From NCBI GenBank assembly GCA_963924565.1, contig OZ004609.1, positions 29,078,001 to 29,142,000 of the forward strand: a DNA stretch of 64,000 bases. The letters run 5' to 3'. A program made the translations under genes and the position numbers. Under the pieces are notes generated by a model. The model did not search any database. It had not been told where the DNA came from and saw nothing but the letters and a program-made list of their open reading frames with translations. Origin of the DNA: Ascidiella aspersa. Lineage: Eukaryota. This document shows positions 33,701-51,233 of this stretch, in pieces; within the stretch, counting starts at the first letter, position 1; every line of letters starts with the position of its first letter.

Positions 33701-36700
33701 GTGATTTTTTAGTAATAACACAAACCTTGACATTCTCAAAAAGCCTGACCGCCGCGCAAATTTTCTCCTATCTGCCACCTGCTTTACACCCAAGCGACCA
33801 ACGCAAACTCGCTTGAAATTTGAATGTCAACACTGGTTGTCCCTGGTTACGAGCAGCGGGCGTAAAGCAGGTGGCGGAAGCTTACTATTGGCGCAAACAG
33901 GACTGCTGCAAAAGGTTCTAGTTTTCGAGACTTACGCAAATAGCTGTAACATAAGCAAAAATGGAGGGAAATCGTACTCACAATGACTTGGATTCCCTTC
34001 TCGGCTAGTGGCGCCTTGTCGTAGGTGGACTCGCAAACCCTCACCACCGTATCGGCGCCGTACTGAATCAGGATCTGCGCAGAATAAAGACGGTTAGTGA
34101 GACTGCCCGGACACTGGGGTGTGTGCTAAAGGATTTGTTATACTTGCCCCAAGCTGTATAGAAAAAACGCCAAAAATAATGTCTTGTTAACCGTGCTTTC
34201 GACATTGCGGGCTTTTCAGCTGTTTGTAAAAGCGCCAGTTTTCGGTTGTGATTTTAGATTTTGCGCTGTGTGAAGTTCCTAGTCGCACAATGGGCCAGTA
34301 GTATAGAAAATCAACCTTCTCTGAAAACTAGCAAGAGTTTGTCTGATTACAAAAAATAACCCACAATATGTCAAACCCTATAGAAAAACAACAAGGAGGA
34401 ATGAAATAAAGTATGAAATAAAGCTCCATACAACGGGAAAGAAGTACAGAACAAAACCGGTTTTTCAAAATACCCAACGTGGGTAAGCCTCAATATAAAA
34501 AATATGGTCAACAACAGGATAACCTCTCAAAAATATGGAAAGAGGGGCCTGGTTGTTTACTCAGGGTCGACGCGCCAGTTTCTCAAAGAACTGATGGTGC
34601 TTAATTGCGCGCAATTACAACGACGTTTATTCGACGATCGAGGACCAAGAAATTTATATTGACAGGTTGCTCCCACTTAAAGCGGTTCAGGTTACCTAAT
34701 TCTAAGGAACTCCGCCATTAGTTTTCAGTTGGGTGGCAGGCCTGTGTATGGCAGCTCTATGAAAAGCGCCGTTAAAACATTTTGCTTAACGTTTCGGGAC
34801 AACAATGCCAAGCGGTGGCGTAGCGTGGGGGTAAGCAAACAATAACTAGAAATAAACTTGCGTTGCGCGGGTTTAGTGGCACGCATTCCTACAATGCGAG
34901 GTCTTTGCCTATACAAGGCAACTCCAGCCAAGGGTGGAATAGCAACAAACTAAAGTCAGTAAAACAGAGATGGGGCAATGTTCGGTAGTACAGCAGGGCA
35001 CTGTACTTCACGTTAAGTCAACAAAACCATACTCAAAGCTTCTGTTTGCGGTGCAGGCCACTTCACATCTGAAGGACAACAGACCGTCGTACACTCGAGT
35101 CATAAGCGCACCAGCGATGACCCGTCACTGGTAAACACAACGTCAGTCCAGCGAACAACTTGACAAAAACACCCTGCTTTGGTGCCACCGCAATGTGCGC
35201 CTATTTTATGACAGCGAACAACCGACAGGGGATTCCCCGGGTATTGCGCAACTTTGGATGAAGGTCGTGGCAGCTTTCCACGGAGTGAAAAACAACGCAG
35301 GGGAGAATCCCGTTGAAAGTCCAACTTAGAAAAAACAAGCTCGCTCAATGGGAAAACTAATTTGATGGTGCAATTTAAAAACCAAATACGTAACGCTTTA
35401 GCATCCCGTAATAGTATAAAGCAAGTAACCCGTCGAGTTGTTCCTAATACGGAGCGCTGCATATAGTCCTTATTTCGAAAATTGGTCCTTTTTTCAACGT
35501 TTGCTCAAGAGTTCTTATTTAGTTCTTATTTCGAAGCACCTTTTTGTTTGATTTTTAACAAAGCAGCAATCAAAATTTTAAGCTTGTCCAATTTCAGGGA
35601 TTGTTTGCTTTCAAAATCATCTTTTTTTCTGCTGATCAGTTTGAGAATCATGTTGTTCAGCTAGGGCAGGTCTTTTTAGGTGTTGTACGTCCTTATCTAA
35701 TAATTCTAAAGCGTTGTCTGTGGACCCATTGGGGTACGAGAAATGTAAGTTCTTGGTCTTAAGCCTAATTTAACTGGTTAAATTGCAAAAGCACCTCGTT
35801 GTGCTTTATACAAAGCGAAAGTATTCCTTCGTACGTGGTGTTTATGCAGAGCGTACAGGCACGGGTGACATAAAAACGGAAACCGCACTTCTGCTAACTC
35901 GTTGCAGGTTCGCGAAAGGACGATCAACCTCTAACCTGCGACTGGGCGCGAAGTCTGCTCGAATTCCCACGCGCTCAACCGGTTAAGACTGGTCGCAAAA
36001 CCGGCGGTAACCGGATCGCCACAAGACTGGCGCATTGCACCAAAGTCCGTTAGCACTACACCAAGGCTACGCGATCGGAGAATTTCCTTGTAAACATAGA
36101 ATCGCACCGACCTGTACTACACGTCTGCCAGGTACAGGTTCCGGTCTGCCTTGCGTCACTTGCTGCTGTCAATGATTTACAGGACACGTGGTTCTGAGTG
36201 GGTCGCAGCCGCAGACGCAAACAATCCGCCCGACGAACTGAATACGGGGTTCGGCGACAGGTAAGGGGGGTATACATCGCGTTTGCCTACGGTCATGGCG
36301 CGAATTCCGGGCATTCTTTCACAGGCCGGCTGCAAAGGCGCGGAGTCGCAAGAAATTCGACACGGGGCATAAGGGCGCGCGTGATCGCCAAACCAGCATT
36401 TACAGGGGCGTTTATGGGATTTAAAAAGGGCAAGGATGCACGGCACTTTGATGCGGAGCAATCTGGCTTGTGCATATCTTTGTTGCGTCGCGGAAGTACG
36501 ACTTATAGTATGTGGTAGTATGTGCGTAGTCATCGGTGACCAGTGACCAGTCCCACATCACGCGGGTTAGTCACGATAGACATATACAAAAACTGTATAC
36601 ATTAGCTATGGGTAAAATGGCAATAATTAAAGAAAATTTGTATTTGAATTTGACTATTATCTCTATTAATCATGTATAAAGATTGTCCAGGCCCCCTATT

Positions 36701-39222
36701 GTCAACTACTCTATTTTTCTGCCAAAAGGATATTGATGTACGCGTCGTTATTTTAGCCTGTATGATTTTAATGGCAGTACCACGCATTACTCACTCATTA
36801 CATCCACCGCGAGGCCACCAAAAAGCAAACCATTGTTTAGTTGGCCTTAATTTAACAAAGCAATCAATTCGAATCAAAATGACACACAAACAAACATGTA
36901 CATGATATTGTGGAGTCTTGTTTGACAAACTAGTTATAAAAACTCTACTTCCAACAACGGTTACCATCATTTTATAGGGAACAACCTTTCGTATTTCGTC
37001 AGCTCTATCAACACGCGTGCCAGCAAGCTGGCTAAATAAAGAGATCACACTTAAGCGGAATCGAAATGCCGCACATAACAGTTGCTTTACAGCCGCCCAC
37101 CAATGGACTTTGTAAGCGGACTTGAATGCCAAGTACGCGACTGCAGCGCAAAGGCAACTTGGACTAGCCTAGCGTACGCCCACTTGTTCAACAACGTGCG
37201 GTCTTCGCAATGTTAAGAGCTCTCCAGTAAGGCGCAACGCCATAACAGGGGAGGCGGGGCCTGGCAACGGCTCGGGCTAAGGCCTCGGTACAAAGAGGCG
37301 AGTACCTTTGCATCTCCAGGGCGAAGTAGCGTCAGGCACACATCATCAAAGAGCCAGCGGCCAGCATCGCACACGCGCCGATTAGTCATTCACAAAAATA
37401 GCATCACACGACGCAACCGACTCGGGTTTTGTTTACAAGTTGTGCGCGCCTGGGGAACGACGCCGAACTGGATTGCGGTGGCTTGCGCAACCCTGGCTTG
37501 TCAGCTAGCAGTTGCGACAAACACTGCTATTTCGGACTGCGATCGAACTTTGTCTGTCTGTCGGTGTGTTGCAAAACGCGTTTTCAACCTGTTTTCGGTA
37601 TGACTGACGGCTCGGTTTACATTAAACTTCTAAAGCGCCCGGTAGACGTTTGATAGCGATTTCGGGGCTCCTGGATTTAGGCATTGGCTGATGTACAAGG
37701 TAATTTGAAAAACGTTCTTTTTGTTGATTTTAAAAATGGGTTTTAACCAACCGGAAAATTTCCTTACCAAGTTAAATGGGAGAACCACCTCATGATGAGT
37801 GGAAGTCGCTTTTAAAGTGGCTACAAAAGTTCCATTTTGTCCCATATAATGCAAAACATCCGTTGTCGACAGCTTATTAAATACGCGAGGTCACGTATTC
37901 TTAACGTTGACTGAAATCGCAAATTTAAAATACGGACAGCATAAATCCAAACAAAAAAAAAAAAAAAAAGTAAATGGCAACAAATAGATCAAAATTGGTG
38001 GCTAAAAACTCTTCTACGTTGATAATTAATTTGTCATCGTATTATGTTCCTTAAAACACAAGTTTGAAAGTAGAAATACGATAGGTTTTCGAAATTGAAC
38101 AATGTAAATATGAAGAATTAACATCAAGAGATAGCCAGACCAAAAACTTACACAATGTTGACAAACCGCAATTAAAACCCATCAGTCTGGAATTTATTCC
38201 TATTTCAAACAGCGTGAATAGCATTTTCACCGTTCAACGCCAAACATAGGTTCGTCAAAAACAGCAGCAGCAGCCTTTTATGTGCACAAAACGTAGTCGG
38301 GCCAAAAGTACGTATGTATTGTTTGAGTGTCGTCGATAACAAGCGCAAAAGAGGGTAAGATGACAACAGCAGCGCGTTCAAAACGTGAATCAGCTCACCA
38401 AAGTAACAAAAAATCAAGCACCCACGCCCGTCGCCCGCGCGCAAACTATTGCTGATGTTCTGTTCTGGGATGTTGGTGGCGCGTGTCAAAAGGCTGGTTT
38501 TTGATCAGGAAGTCAACGCGTCTTTCAATATAACAAGCAAGGGCCCCGCATCACATTACAACACGGGCCGGACTGCCAACGTCGTCAGCTATTTGTATGA
38601 TGTCACTCTTACGTCAACGAAAACCCCGGAAACTGGCTTGGCTGTCCGAGGCAGTTGAGCAGTGGTGAGGTTTTGTGTTATTTGTAACGATAACCTGGCC
38701 CGCTTAGGCCGTGTATTGAGAACAACATATAACAGCCATAAGTAAGCATAGTGGGGAACATACATATAAGTCTTGCATCGCACTACCCACATGTTCAATA
38801 GCACACCAATCAGTATAACCAGCCTAATTATAAACGGAAAAACTTGCAAAGCTATTGAAATGATGGCTGTTGGAAGAAATTAACTAAAAACCTTTAAATG
38901 GCATAACAGCTTCTAAGGAAAAAGCAAACTATTTTTTAAATACAGGTGGTGTGACAGTTTTATATCTATAAGAATTTTCCTAGCTAATGTTTTAAAAAAT
39001 TTGCCTACTAGGCACAGGTAACATCATTAACATTAAATAAAAAAAGTCTGTGTTTCAAAACTAACACAATATTTCATCTGGGGCCAACCTGAAACAACCA
39101 ACTTTTAACACACTTACTTCAACGAACTTCTCCATGGTGGAGTTGGTTGGGTTGTGGGTGATAAGGAATCTCATCCCCTTGTACCGCAGCTCGACGGGGG
39201 CTGGACGATTCATTCGTGCCAT
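24800..39222 (-). CDS. PTP4A1: PRL-family protein tyrosine phosphatase type IVA, 5 coding exons, 170 aa
   Basis: Exons 39118-39222 ([11 protein letters not shown]), 33982-34074 (VRVCESTYD), 28571-28701 ([18 protein letters not shown]), 25809-25883 and 24800-24908 ([11 protein letters not shown]...CCVQ CaaX) total 513 nt in frame. Probably co-orthologous to vertebrate PTP4A1/2/3. Confidence 0.95.
30790..31318. repeat. Tandem array of 3 copies of a ~180-bp unit
   Basis: Recurring TTGGCAA..AATAGCA, AGATGCGGATTTTAGTTAAACCAAAG and GAGATTAA(A)GGCTA. Confidence 0.9.
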
Positions 39223-39538
39223 AAATAAGCAGCAGGGCTAAACGCCAACTTTGTCTTTGAAGACTTTCGGATAAAATCAACAGCTGAATCTTTATAAAAC
39301 AAACTGCAGTTTGTTGGTTGCATTTGAGGAAGTGTCACATAAAAATATATATTATCAGAATTAACTAGGTATTTTTATGGTTGAAGTAGAATAATTTAGA
39401 CTAAAGTATACTTTAAAGAAATTAACCGTGCTAACGTGAACAATGTACAAACTCTAATTTATTGCAACTTACACAGAGCATGCTAAAGCATATATTACCC
39501 AGTAAAAACTGTTTAAATTGTGATAAGAAAGTGCCTAC

Positions 39539-41940
39539 CTGCTGATGACGACGTAAATGCTTTCAGTTGAGGTAGTAACCACAAAGGGGCGAGTTGTACC
39601 GTTGCTGCTTGCTTCTGAACTATTGTACAACTCTTTAACGCTCAGCATAAGCCAGCCTCACCCCATCGGAAAGCTAAGGAATTGGAAAATGTACCAGATT
39701 TAATTTTGTGTCTTGGCACCAAAGCAACATTTAGGAGAACAAACACATTTTTTACACCTGGGGAAACAATGAAAGCAAATTATAGGTTTTATACAATTAT
39801 TCAATACAACTTAAATTCATCATCAGAGATCAATCAGGTAAAACAATATTGTTATCTTTAGGATTAGTCATAACTACCTCAAGCTTCCCTTCTACAAAAA
39901 ATAAATTTATAAAACTGAAGCAGGCCAAACAAAATCCCTTGAACATCCAAAATTTAAACAATCACCTGTAAGCTTGTTGTATCAATCAACAAACAAAAAA
40001 ACTAATAAACAAGAATAAGTTGCAGCATCAATCGGTCGATATCACAGCAAAGTATGTTGTGCAAGATAATAAAAACTTTAAAAGCCAGATCAAAATATTT
40101 TTATAAGACTAAGGAGTTTTACCCTTGAAGTACAAGGTTCAATTATATTGAGATTATTGTCTTGCAATTGAACAACAAATATAAAGCATTAATTTAAATA
40201 TAAATTAAGACTTTTACTGTGTAACTAAGTCCTGCAACACGCTGGTAAATAAATCATTTGCAAGTTTCAAAAATGAAAACAACCCTTTCTTTGAACAAGG
40301 AAGTAAAAAACATTGCATAGGCAGTCATAAAGTTTAAAAATACAGTAAGGAATACAACAATTAAGTGCCTTATTAACTGCCTATTTTCAACTAAACAAAA
40401 TTAAAACTCCTTTGTTTTCTTGCCTGTGATACTAGAAATTATCCATAAAACACTGCTACGTTACAATCTAACAGCGCATTTTTATTTTCTCTAATGAGCC
40501 TGCACCCACATCATCTGCCTATACGGCATGCACCACTGAACATTTTAGCTGAAATCGTGTGTTGCATTGATGTCAAATGAGAAATCTGACACCTTGACAT
40601 TACACAGCCGTTTGACATTGCTCCTACTTAACAAATTCTAATCCTGTTTTGGTAGCGTGTCATTCAGGTTTACATGCGAGGTGTGATTGTAGTAGCACAT
40701 ATAGAAAACATTGTATTGTATGAGTGAAACTTATCAACAACCTATTTATAACTGCCTTAACATAACATAATCACAGGTACTTATAAAAGCGAGCACTTCT
40801 GACAATTCAAAAACATAATTTTGGACCATTAATTATTGTTTAACTTGGCAGTTCTAACAAAATTAAAAAAAGTACTCAGTTACAGTAAGATAGCAAGAAA
40901 GCATTTCAAGTGTTTTCCGAAATAAACACGGGATATCTAACCATAGACAACTTACGTGTGGTTGTGTGTGAAGAAACGGGTCCAGTTTATGGCGAATTGT
41001 GCTGTGCGTTACAACGCGAGCAGTAGTGAACAGTCAAGCACTTTAGGTATCCAGGTAGCTGTTGCACCGAAACACGAGATGCCTTGAACTGAAAATGGCA
41101 AAACATTTAGGTGCGTGTGGTGTCTTGTGAAATAGCTCGTCCGTCAGTCACCTGTTTATAAAGTTCATAAAGGGTAGCACAACAATGAAATAGAGTTATA
41201 GTAACAAAATTATAATGCCAAAACATTTTCAACACAAGTACTTTTTAATTTATGAACGAATTGTTCGTTTAACTTTAAAATGACACTGCCATTCAAATTT
41301 AATACTTAAAGGCCCTAATTTGAAACTTGACATAGTCTGTGACCGAGTCTGCATTTAATGGCACTTTACACCAAGAACTCTGGTGTGCAGAACCAAATTT
41401 TGAGATGCAATTATGTTTTTTTGCACACTTTTTTTTTAAATCCTATTATAATTTAGTGTTATTTTGCAAAATTTATCAATTAAGGTGTGCACACAAAGTT
41501 CTTAATAAATGTGGGGTGTGCACATGCCACAAAATGTAGACTGGTCTGTGCTATCTCCGATTTTGTAACAGAAAAATAAACTTTTTATTAGGATTTTGTA
41601 AAAATAGGACGTCTTTGCAAAAATTTCTAAAAACACATTTACCTACAACTTTTGCTACAATCTGAGAACAAAACTGAGCTGATTCTGTTGTATTCTCTGG
41701 GTTATATATTATATACATATAACGTCATCTCAGATTACAGGTGTTTCGTAAGCACTTACATATGATTGCGTAATTTAGAACAACAAATTTAAGCTTACGG
41801 GATTGATTTGTACAACGTGCTGCACTTTTACGAACTAATTCAAAGAAAACGATGATAAAACAAACGGCCGATTAGATACTCACCAACAATCGAAAGACGA
41901 ACATCTGTGGAAGATATTAATCCAAGTCGGGTGCAGGACC
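39539..41940 (-). other. Putative PTP4A 5'-UTR exons (39539-39756, 40956-41088, 41884-~41940)
   Basis: Donors GTAGGC, GTAAGT and GTGAGT with pyrimidine-AG acceptors upstream of the coding ATG; no long ORF. Confidence 0.6.
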
Positions 41941-44605
41941 TTACAGAAAGAAAGAAATATAACGAATTGCACTAAAATCCTGGTGTTTAAAACAAACATT
42001 AAGCGTTTTTAATGTATTACTACATGCACAGTTGCATTATCTAAACTTAGACCACGCCTAGGACACAAAAGCGAAGAGAAAAACATTTTCGTTCTTGACA
42101 ACCTACATAGGAACAAGAAATCCTGACGTAGGCTAGGTCACAAAAGAGAAAATTGAATTAGGTTTACGAATGCACAAGAACGTCGTACTTCGTAAGGTTT
42201 CCAAAATCATTCGTCCGTGAAATCGATTTTAACCAATTTTTTGTACATATTTCGCAACGACTCTTTTTGATTTCATCGTTATAATACAATTACTAAGTTG
42301 TATACTCAGCATCTAATAAATAAATAAATTGTAAAATATGAAAAAGGCCCTATTGTCGGTAAACTTAAAATGTGTTAACTCTCTGGGTGTATGACGTTTT
42401 ATCGGCTATTCCAATTTAGGTCCGTGTGCGCCTCGAAGTGGATTAAATTGCGATGCAGTCTTATTGCTCGATAAAAGTTGACCCAGGCTAGGTTATATTA
42501 AAACAGTAGTCACTATTTTTTTGCCATGGCCGAAAATACCTTTACGAGTTAAAAAAGCAATACACCCCACTTCAAACCCTTTCTCCCCAAGCCCTAATAA
42601 CACTTTTTAATAGATCCATCAGAACCCGTAATGCCATAAAAAACACAATGAGAAACCTACAATACACCCTACTAACCAAGAAGTAATAAGCATCATCTAA
42701 TTACGCCCACACCAAACTTTTTACCTGTTTTCAAGTCTTTAAAGCTTAAATTTAATCTAGCAAACCACAGGCCGAAAAAGCGTTCTTTTCGTTACACTTA
42801 TTAGTTCATATTTTTGTTATGTTGTTTGCTCCTGTTAAGATAATTGTTACGCTCTTATTTTTGCGTGCGCAATCCCTTTTTGACGTAACCCTGTTTTGTT
42901 TTAACGTAGGCCATATGCGACACAAAATAATAGTTTAATAATAGGGCAATGATGCTCCTCCAACCCGGCGGGTGTATCATTGGCACCACACAACCCCAAG
43001 GGCTTGAGCCCTCAAAAAAATACTGCAATATAGGCCTACCGCTCTATGGGCTGAATAGATTTAATTAAAACGGCTAGAACTTCGCGCGGAAAAAGGGGTT
43101 CGGACCAACCTGATATAGGTATCGGTCTACAGTTTTTCACCCACTGTATTAAAACACATAGGCAAGCCCTTTAAAAACTATTTTTGCAAGTTTAAACAAG
43201 ATTAATCAAAAAAATCTAACGCTTCAGTCGGATGTTCAACATCTTTCTAGTGATAGCTTGACTAAAATTCGTTTAGATAACCCTTAACTTTTTCAACATA
43301 TGTAGAGTATGCTGTGCCATTTCATTTTTTAATCACAGTTGGTTATATCGAATATTTTTTTCAATTTTCTTTAATCTTAAAAATCTTAAAAAAATTTAAT
43401 TATTTCAAGGAAGCAAAAGGGATCACCCAGGTAAAAAAACACATTTAAAACAACTACTCTAGTATGACTAAATTCAAGTCCTGGAATATTAACAAAATAT
43501 CCCGCAGCAGTCCACAAGTCCAAACCTTGGTCTACAAAGTTCAGTATAAATGTTATTCGCACAAAAATGTCAAATACAGTATAAAACAATGGCTTTACAT
43601 TTAAAGATTGTGCTGTATAAACCAATTTTAACAAAGTTACCAAATTGAAGTCATTTGCCTAATTGAGTCATCAAACCTTGTTTGAGAAATATGATCGCAC
43701 CACAAAAAGTTTGAACCAGATAGAAATTGTTGTAAAGCGTAAAAAATAACCAAGAGCGATACGAACAATTTAAGTGAATGACTAAGATGACTTGGACTCG
43801 TAATGCGAATGAACACAAATCGTATCCTGAAAATTGCACATTATAAAGATGAACTTCACCTGGCAAACGAAAATTTGAAATACCTAATATGATTAGGCGA
43901 CAAACAATGCTTTTCATAATTGCGGAGTCGAACTCGGCACTGAAAACGACTACGTAAGACCACCCGATTTTCGAGTCGGGCGCGTGCATGCGCAGTATTT
44001 AATTCAAAATAGATATTCCACAAACTGTAAATAGATGTAGATTAACATATACTGCATTGTGGAATATTTTTCAACCAGGTTTGGCGCTAGTTAACTATTT
44101 TACAACGCAACTATGCACTTACAAGCGCTTCAACTGATTAGACTCTAAAGAGGTATATTTCATAAGAATTTGAAGTATGTTTTATAAAATTATAACATAG
44201 TTAAATTTATTGGTACAACAAGATAAAAGACCAGAAGCATGTCGAGACATGTTTTAATTATAAAAACAATTTGAGGTTTGTTTTCTCATGTAAAGCGATT
44301 TTTTAACAAGGCACACAAATTAGCAAGTTAGAAATGTCGAGGATTAACCAACTTTCATCAATAAATCCGCGAGCCATTAGGATTAAATACACCTAATGAG
44401 TTACTTTGTTTGAACGCTGCAGGACAATAATGAACCACGTTAAAACCTTTTGTAGGAAAAATATACAAACTTACGGGGCCATGCCTTCTAAACTGTATTT
44501 CTTTCCATACGTAAAAAAATAATTTTACGTGGTTCGTGCGAAAGGGCATTATGCGTCTTATCGCACCTACGAAAATGAAAGTTTTGGCAACTCAAACCTT
44601 ATAAG

Positions 44606-45407
44606 TAGGGCGAATATTTTTGGATTAAAAAAATTGGAAATTTTAACCCGAAAAATTGAAATTTTGACCTTGAAATTTATTTTTTTGACAAAATTTTGAC
44701 CTATTAGAAATACATTGATTTAAACATCATATTGTTGTATGAAGTACTGCATTAGTGTCTTGGCGTCGTCAACCACATAATTTTGATGTTTGTCGAACAC
44801 TAATCAGTTATTTTTTCAGGTTTACGCGAAATTCATAAAAATGCTTAATTGATGTTTTTGTCATTTCAAAAAGACAAACAGCTATAAAATTGCCAAAGAA
44901 AAACATGACGCTGGTTATTTTAGAAAAATGATGTGTAAACAATTGAAAAACAAGGTAAAAATAATTGCAGAAAATTTCCAATTATGACCGAGTATGTTAT
45001 CCAAATAAGAAATAGGCTAATTGCAAATCACAAGTGAACAAAAAATGAAATACTGTTCAAAACCATTGGACAAATCAGGACTACACAACTATATAAAGCA
45101 TAACCTAATGCGATAAACTAGACCTGGGTGGTTAATTCTGTCGGCTCGCGTGCACCGTAATATTGCTCTAATGAAGATTTAATACGGTTAACATGTCGTT
45201 AGACGTATTTAAAAACTAAATTGTTATGATAAAATGTTAACTGAACGACAATTTCAAAAAGCTGACTATACGTTTTTGAATTTGTAAACGATTTATGTTC
45301 ATTTTTAGTAGATATTGACTTGAAAAATTTTTGACAAATGTTGACCTAAAGTGTAAATTTTAACAAAATTTTGACTTTTTTTGACATGTCAAAAAATATT
45401 CGCTCTA
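44606..45407. mobile_element. hAT-type MITE (TAG-ended)
   Basis: TIRs TAGGGCGAATATTTT / AAAATATTCGCTCTA, TSD CTTATAAG/TTTATAAG, subterminal TTTTGAC repeats. Confidence 0.85.
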
Positions 45408-45588
45408 TTTATAAGGCGTTTTGTCGTCTTGCGCGAATCAATAACAAGTTTGTAATATAGCTTTGTATAAAACGAAGCCTAACAACTATCTAAACTACAA
45501 CTTAATAAACGCACTGTTGCGTGACGTTCTTAAAGTTACTTCTTTTTGACGTCATGGTTAGATAAAATTTGTGACGTCACGTTATGCC

Positions 45589-45822
45589 CATGCGCGCCCC
45601 ACGGGGAGCAAGGGGGTGGGAGGGGCACTTGTCCCATCTGGAATATCAAAATGCGATTATTATTTTTTTTAAGTGTAATATCGTTTACGTATAAAGGTTT
45701 TGATTCGCATTTCAATTTCTACTGATATTAAATCGTATGTATTAATATCATAGGTACTGAAGCTATATTAAGTGAAAATATTAATATTGCCCAATCTGGA
45801 AAATTTTCTTCGGGCGCCTCTG
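45589..45822. mobile_element. Short hAT-type MITE
   Basis: CATGCGCGCCC...GGGCGCCTCTG, TSD GTTATGCC/GTTATGGC. Confidence 0.7.
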
Positions 45823-47171
45823 GTTATGGCGTAGCTGTGTAATGACATCCCTGAAATTTCTTTCACGTCACTATTTTTTGTACCAGTATAGTTTAAATTG
45901 CCGATGGGGCACTTCCTCGTGCACAATTTTAAAAAGCAGCGTGGCCTTTGGGTTGCTGACCCCCTACTTTAGATTTATCGATGTTTGGGGGAGAAAATTC
46001 CCAGACAAGTGGTCACGAATATTTACGCATTTTATCCCCAAAATACACAACAAACATCGTAAAACGGTACCGTTGTAATCAAAGGACCCTTGTTATTTTT
46101 ATTTTTCAAATAATGTTTTTTAAGACTCGTTTTAATGAACTTTTGGTGCGGACTCGACAAACGTTACCCAAGTTTAGAAGCGAAGAAAATGGGGTATTAA
46201 GTCATTGAACATTTCAACTGATTATGGATAGTTGACCAACATTTTAGTTGCGAATACTACCAGAAACAAATGTAGTAAACTTTTTTTCGTGTAACTTGCT
46301 TAGAAATTTGGATTATTTTGTAAATCAGTATAGGACAGTGTTAACGTTTATAGCCAACATGCAAAAGGCTTGAGCAAACAATTTTCACCAACAGTTGATT
46401 AATGTAAGAATTTCTCTTGGACGTCATTACTTATCAGTTTACAATTTATAAACGGGGTTTTTGACCTTAAAAACTACCGGACGGATTTACGCGAAGAATA
46501 ATTGAACTCGGCACAATTGACTCAAAATCGGGCGAAAAGTTCACGCTGAACGCATACAACAGCGTATCGGAATGTGTTAAAATCGCTTTGCAGTAAGGCC
46601 CCGGGCGAGGGAAAGCTTTCTCGTGGCGCATTGTTGACCGCAGGTGGGCATCTAAAAGCTGCCAGCGCAAAGCAGCACAATTGAAAGTCTTCGCAATCGG
46701 CCTGGACGAGGTAAATACTGGAACGAGCAAACGCCCAGGGGCCATGGCAGCTCTTTTACCCGACGTGCGAGATACCGTTGTAGCTGCTATAGTGTTTCGG
46801 TAAAGCGCGCGGCAATCAAAAACCGGTTTTCCGCCACGTTTGGTGACGTAAACGTCGAAAGAAACTGGGCTCTTTTTCCGGGTCACGCCTCACAACTTTT
46901 CGCTGGGCGGTTAGCCTCGCTTGGGCGAAACGCCGGATCCGTTCCGGCAGGAAATTCCGCAGCATTCTGCTACTTACTGCGGCGGTAAGGCAAGCCCGTT
47001 TCAAGTTGGCCGGTTATCGACAGCTTTTTAAATTTGGCTTGCGAACGGTAACCTGGGTTGTCCAGCGGTATTTTGGCACAGTCGAAAAATAACCATTTAT
47101 TGCATTACGATCGAATTACAATGACAAAACTTGACAGGACGACGTACAGACAGACATACATATTCATTCGG

Positions 47172-47172
<1 letters not shown>

Positions 47173-47209
<37 letters not shown>
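47173..47209. repeat. (CA)n(TA)n compound microsatellite
   Basis: Directly visible downstream of the AK2 stop codon. Confidence 0.9.
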
Positions 47210-47651
47210 GCACCGCACACCGTGTAACGTATGCAACTTCTTAAAGGGAATATACGCGAGTTTGAGACAATGTTAAATCGGCTTCGGCGGACAACCTCGT
47301 TGAAACAACAATGTCTTGAAGTAGCAGCGACCACGAACGACAATAGATGTTGCACCATCACACTAAAAATATAAACTTTAAATAAAAAATCATGTGAAAC
47401 ATGGAGAAACAATATCTACTAAAATTTGTAACGGAATTCGTCAAAGAAAAGCCTACGCAGCAGTAAAATTAGTACTGCTATGGAATCAAAAGGTGTTTCC
47501 TTGTAGAAAACACTGGGACTGATAGAACCTCCTAGTAAGGCGCGTGGTATTTTTTACGAAGTACTGTAGCTGAAAAAGGTTACAGCTAAAACTAAAAGGC
47601 TGGCCAGCTCTTACAGAAAATCGGGCTAAGATAGTGGCAAAGTTATACGTT

Positions 47652-51233
<3,582 letters not shown>

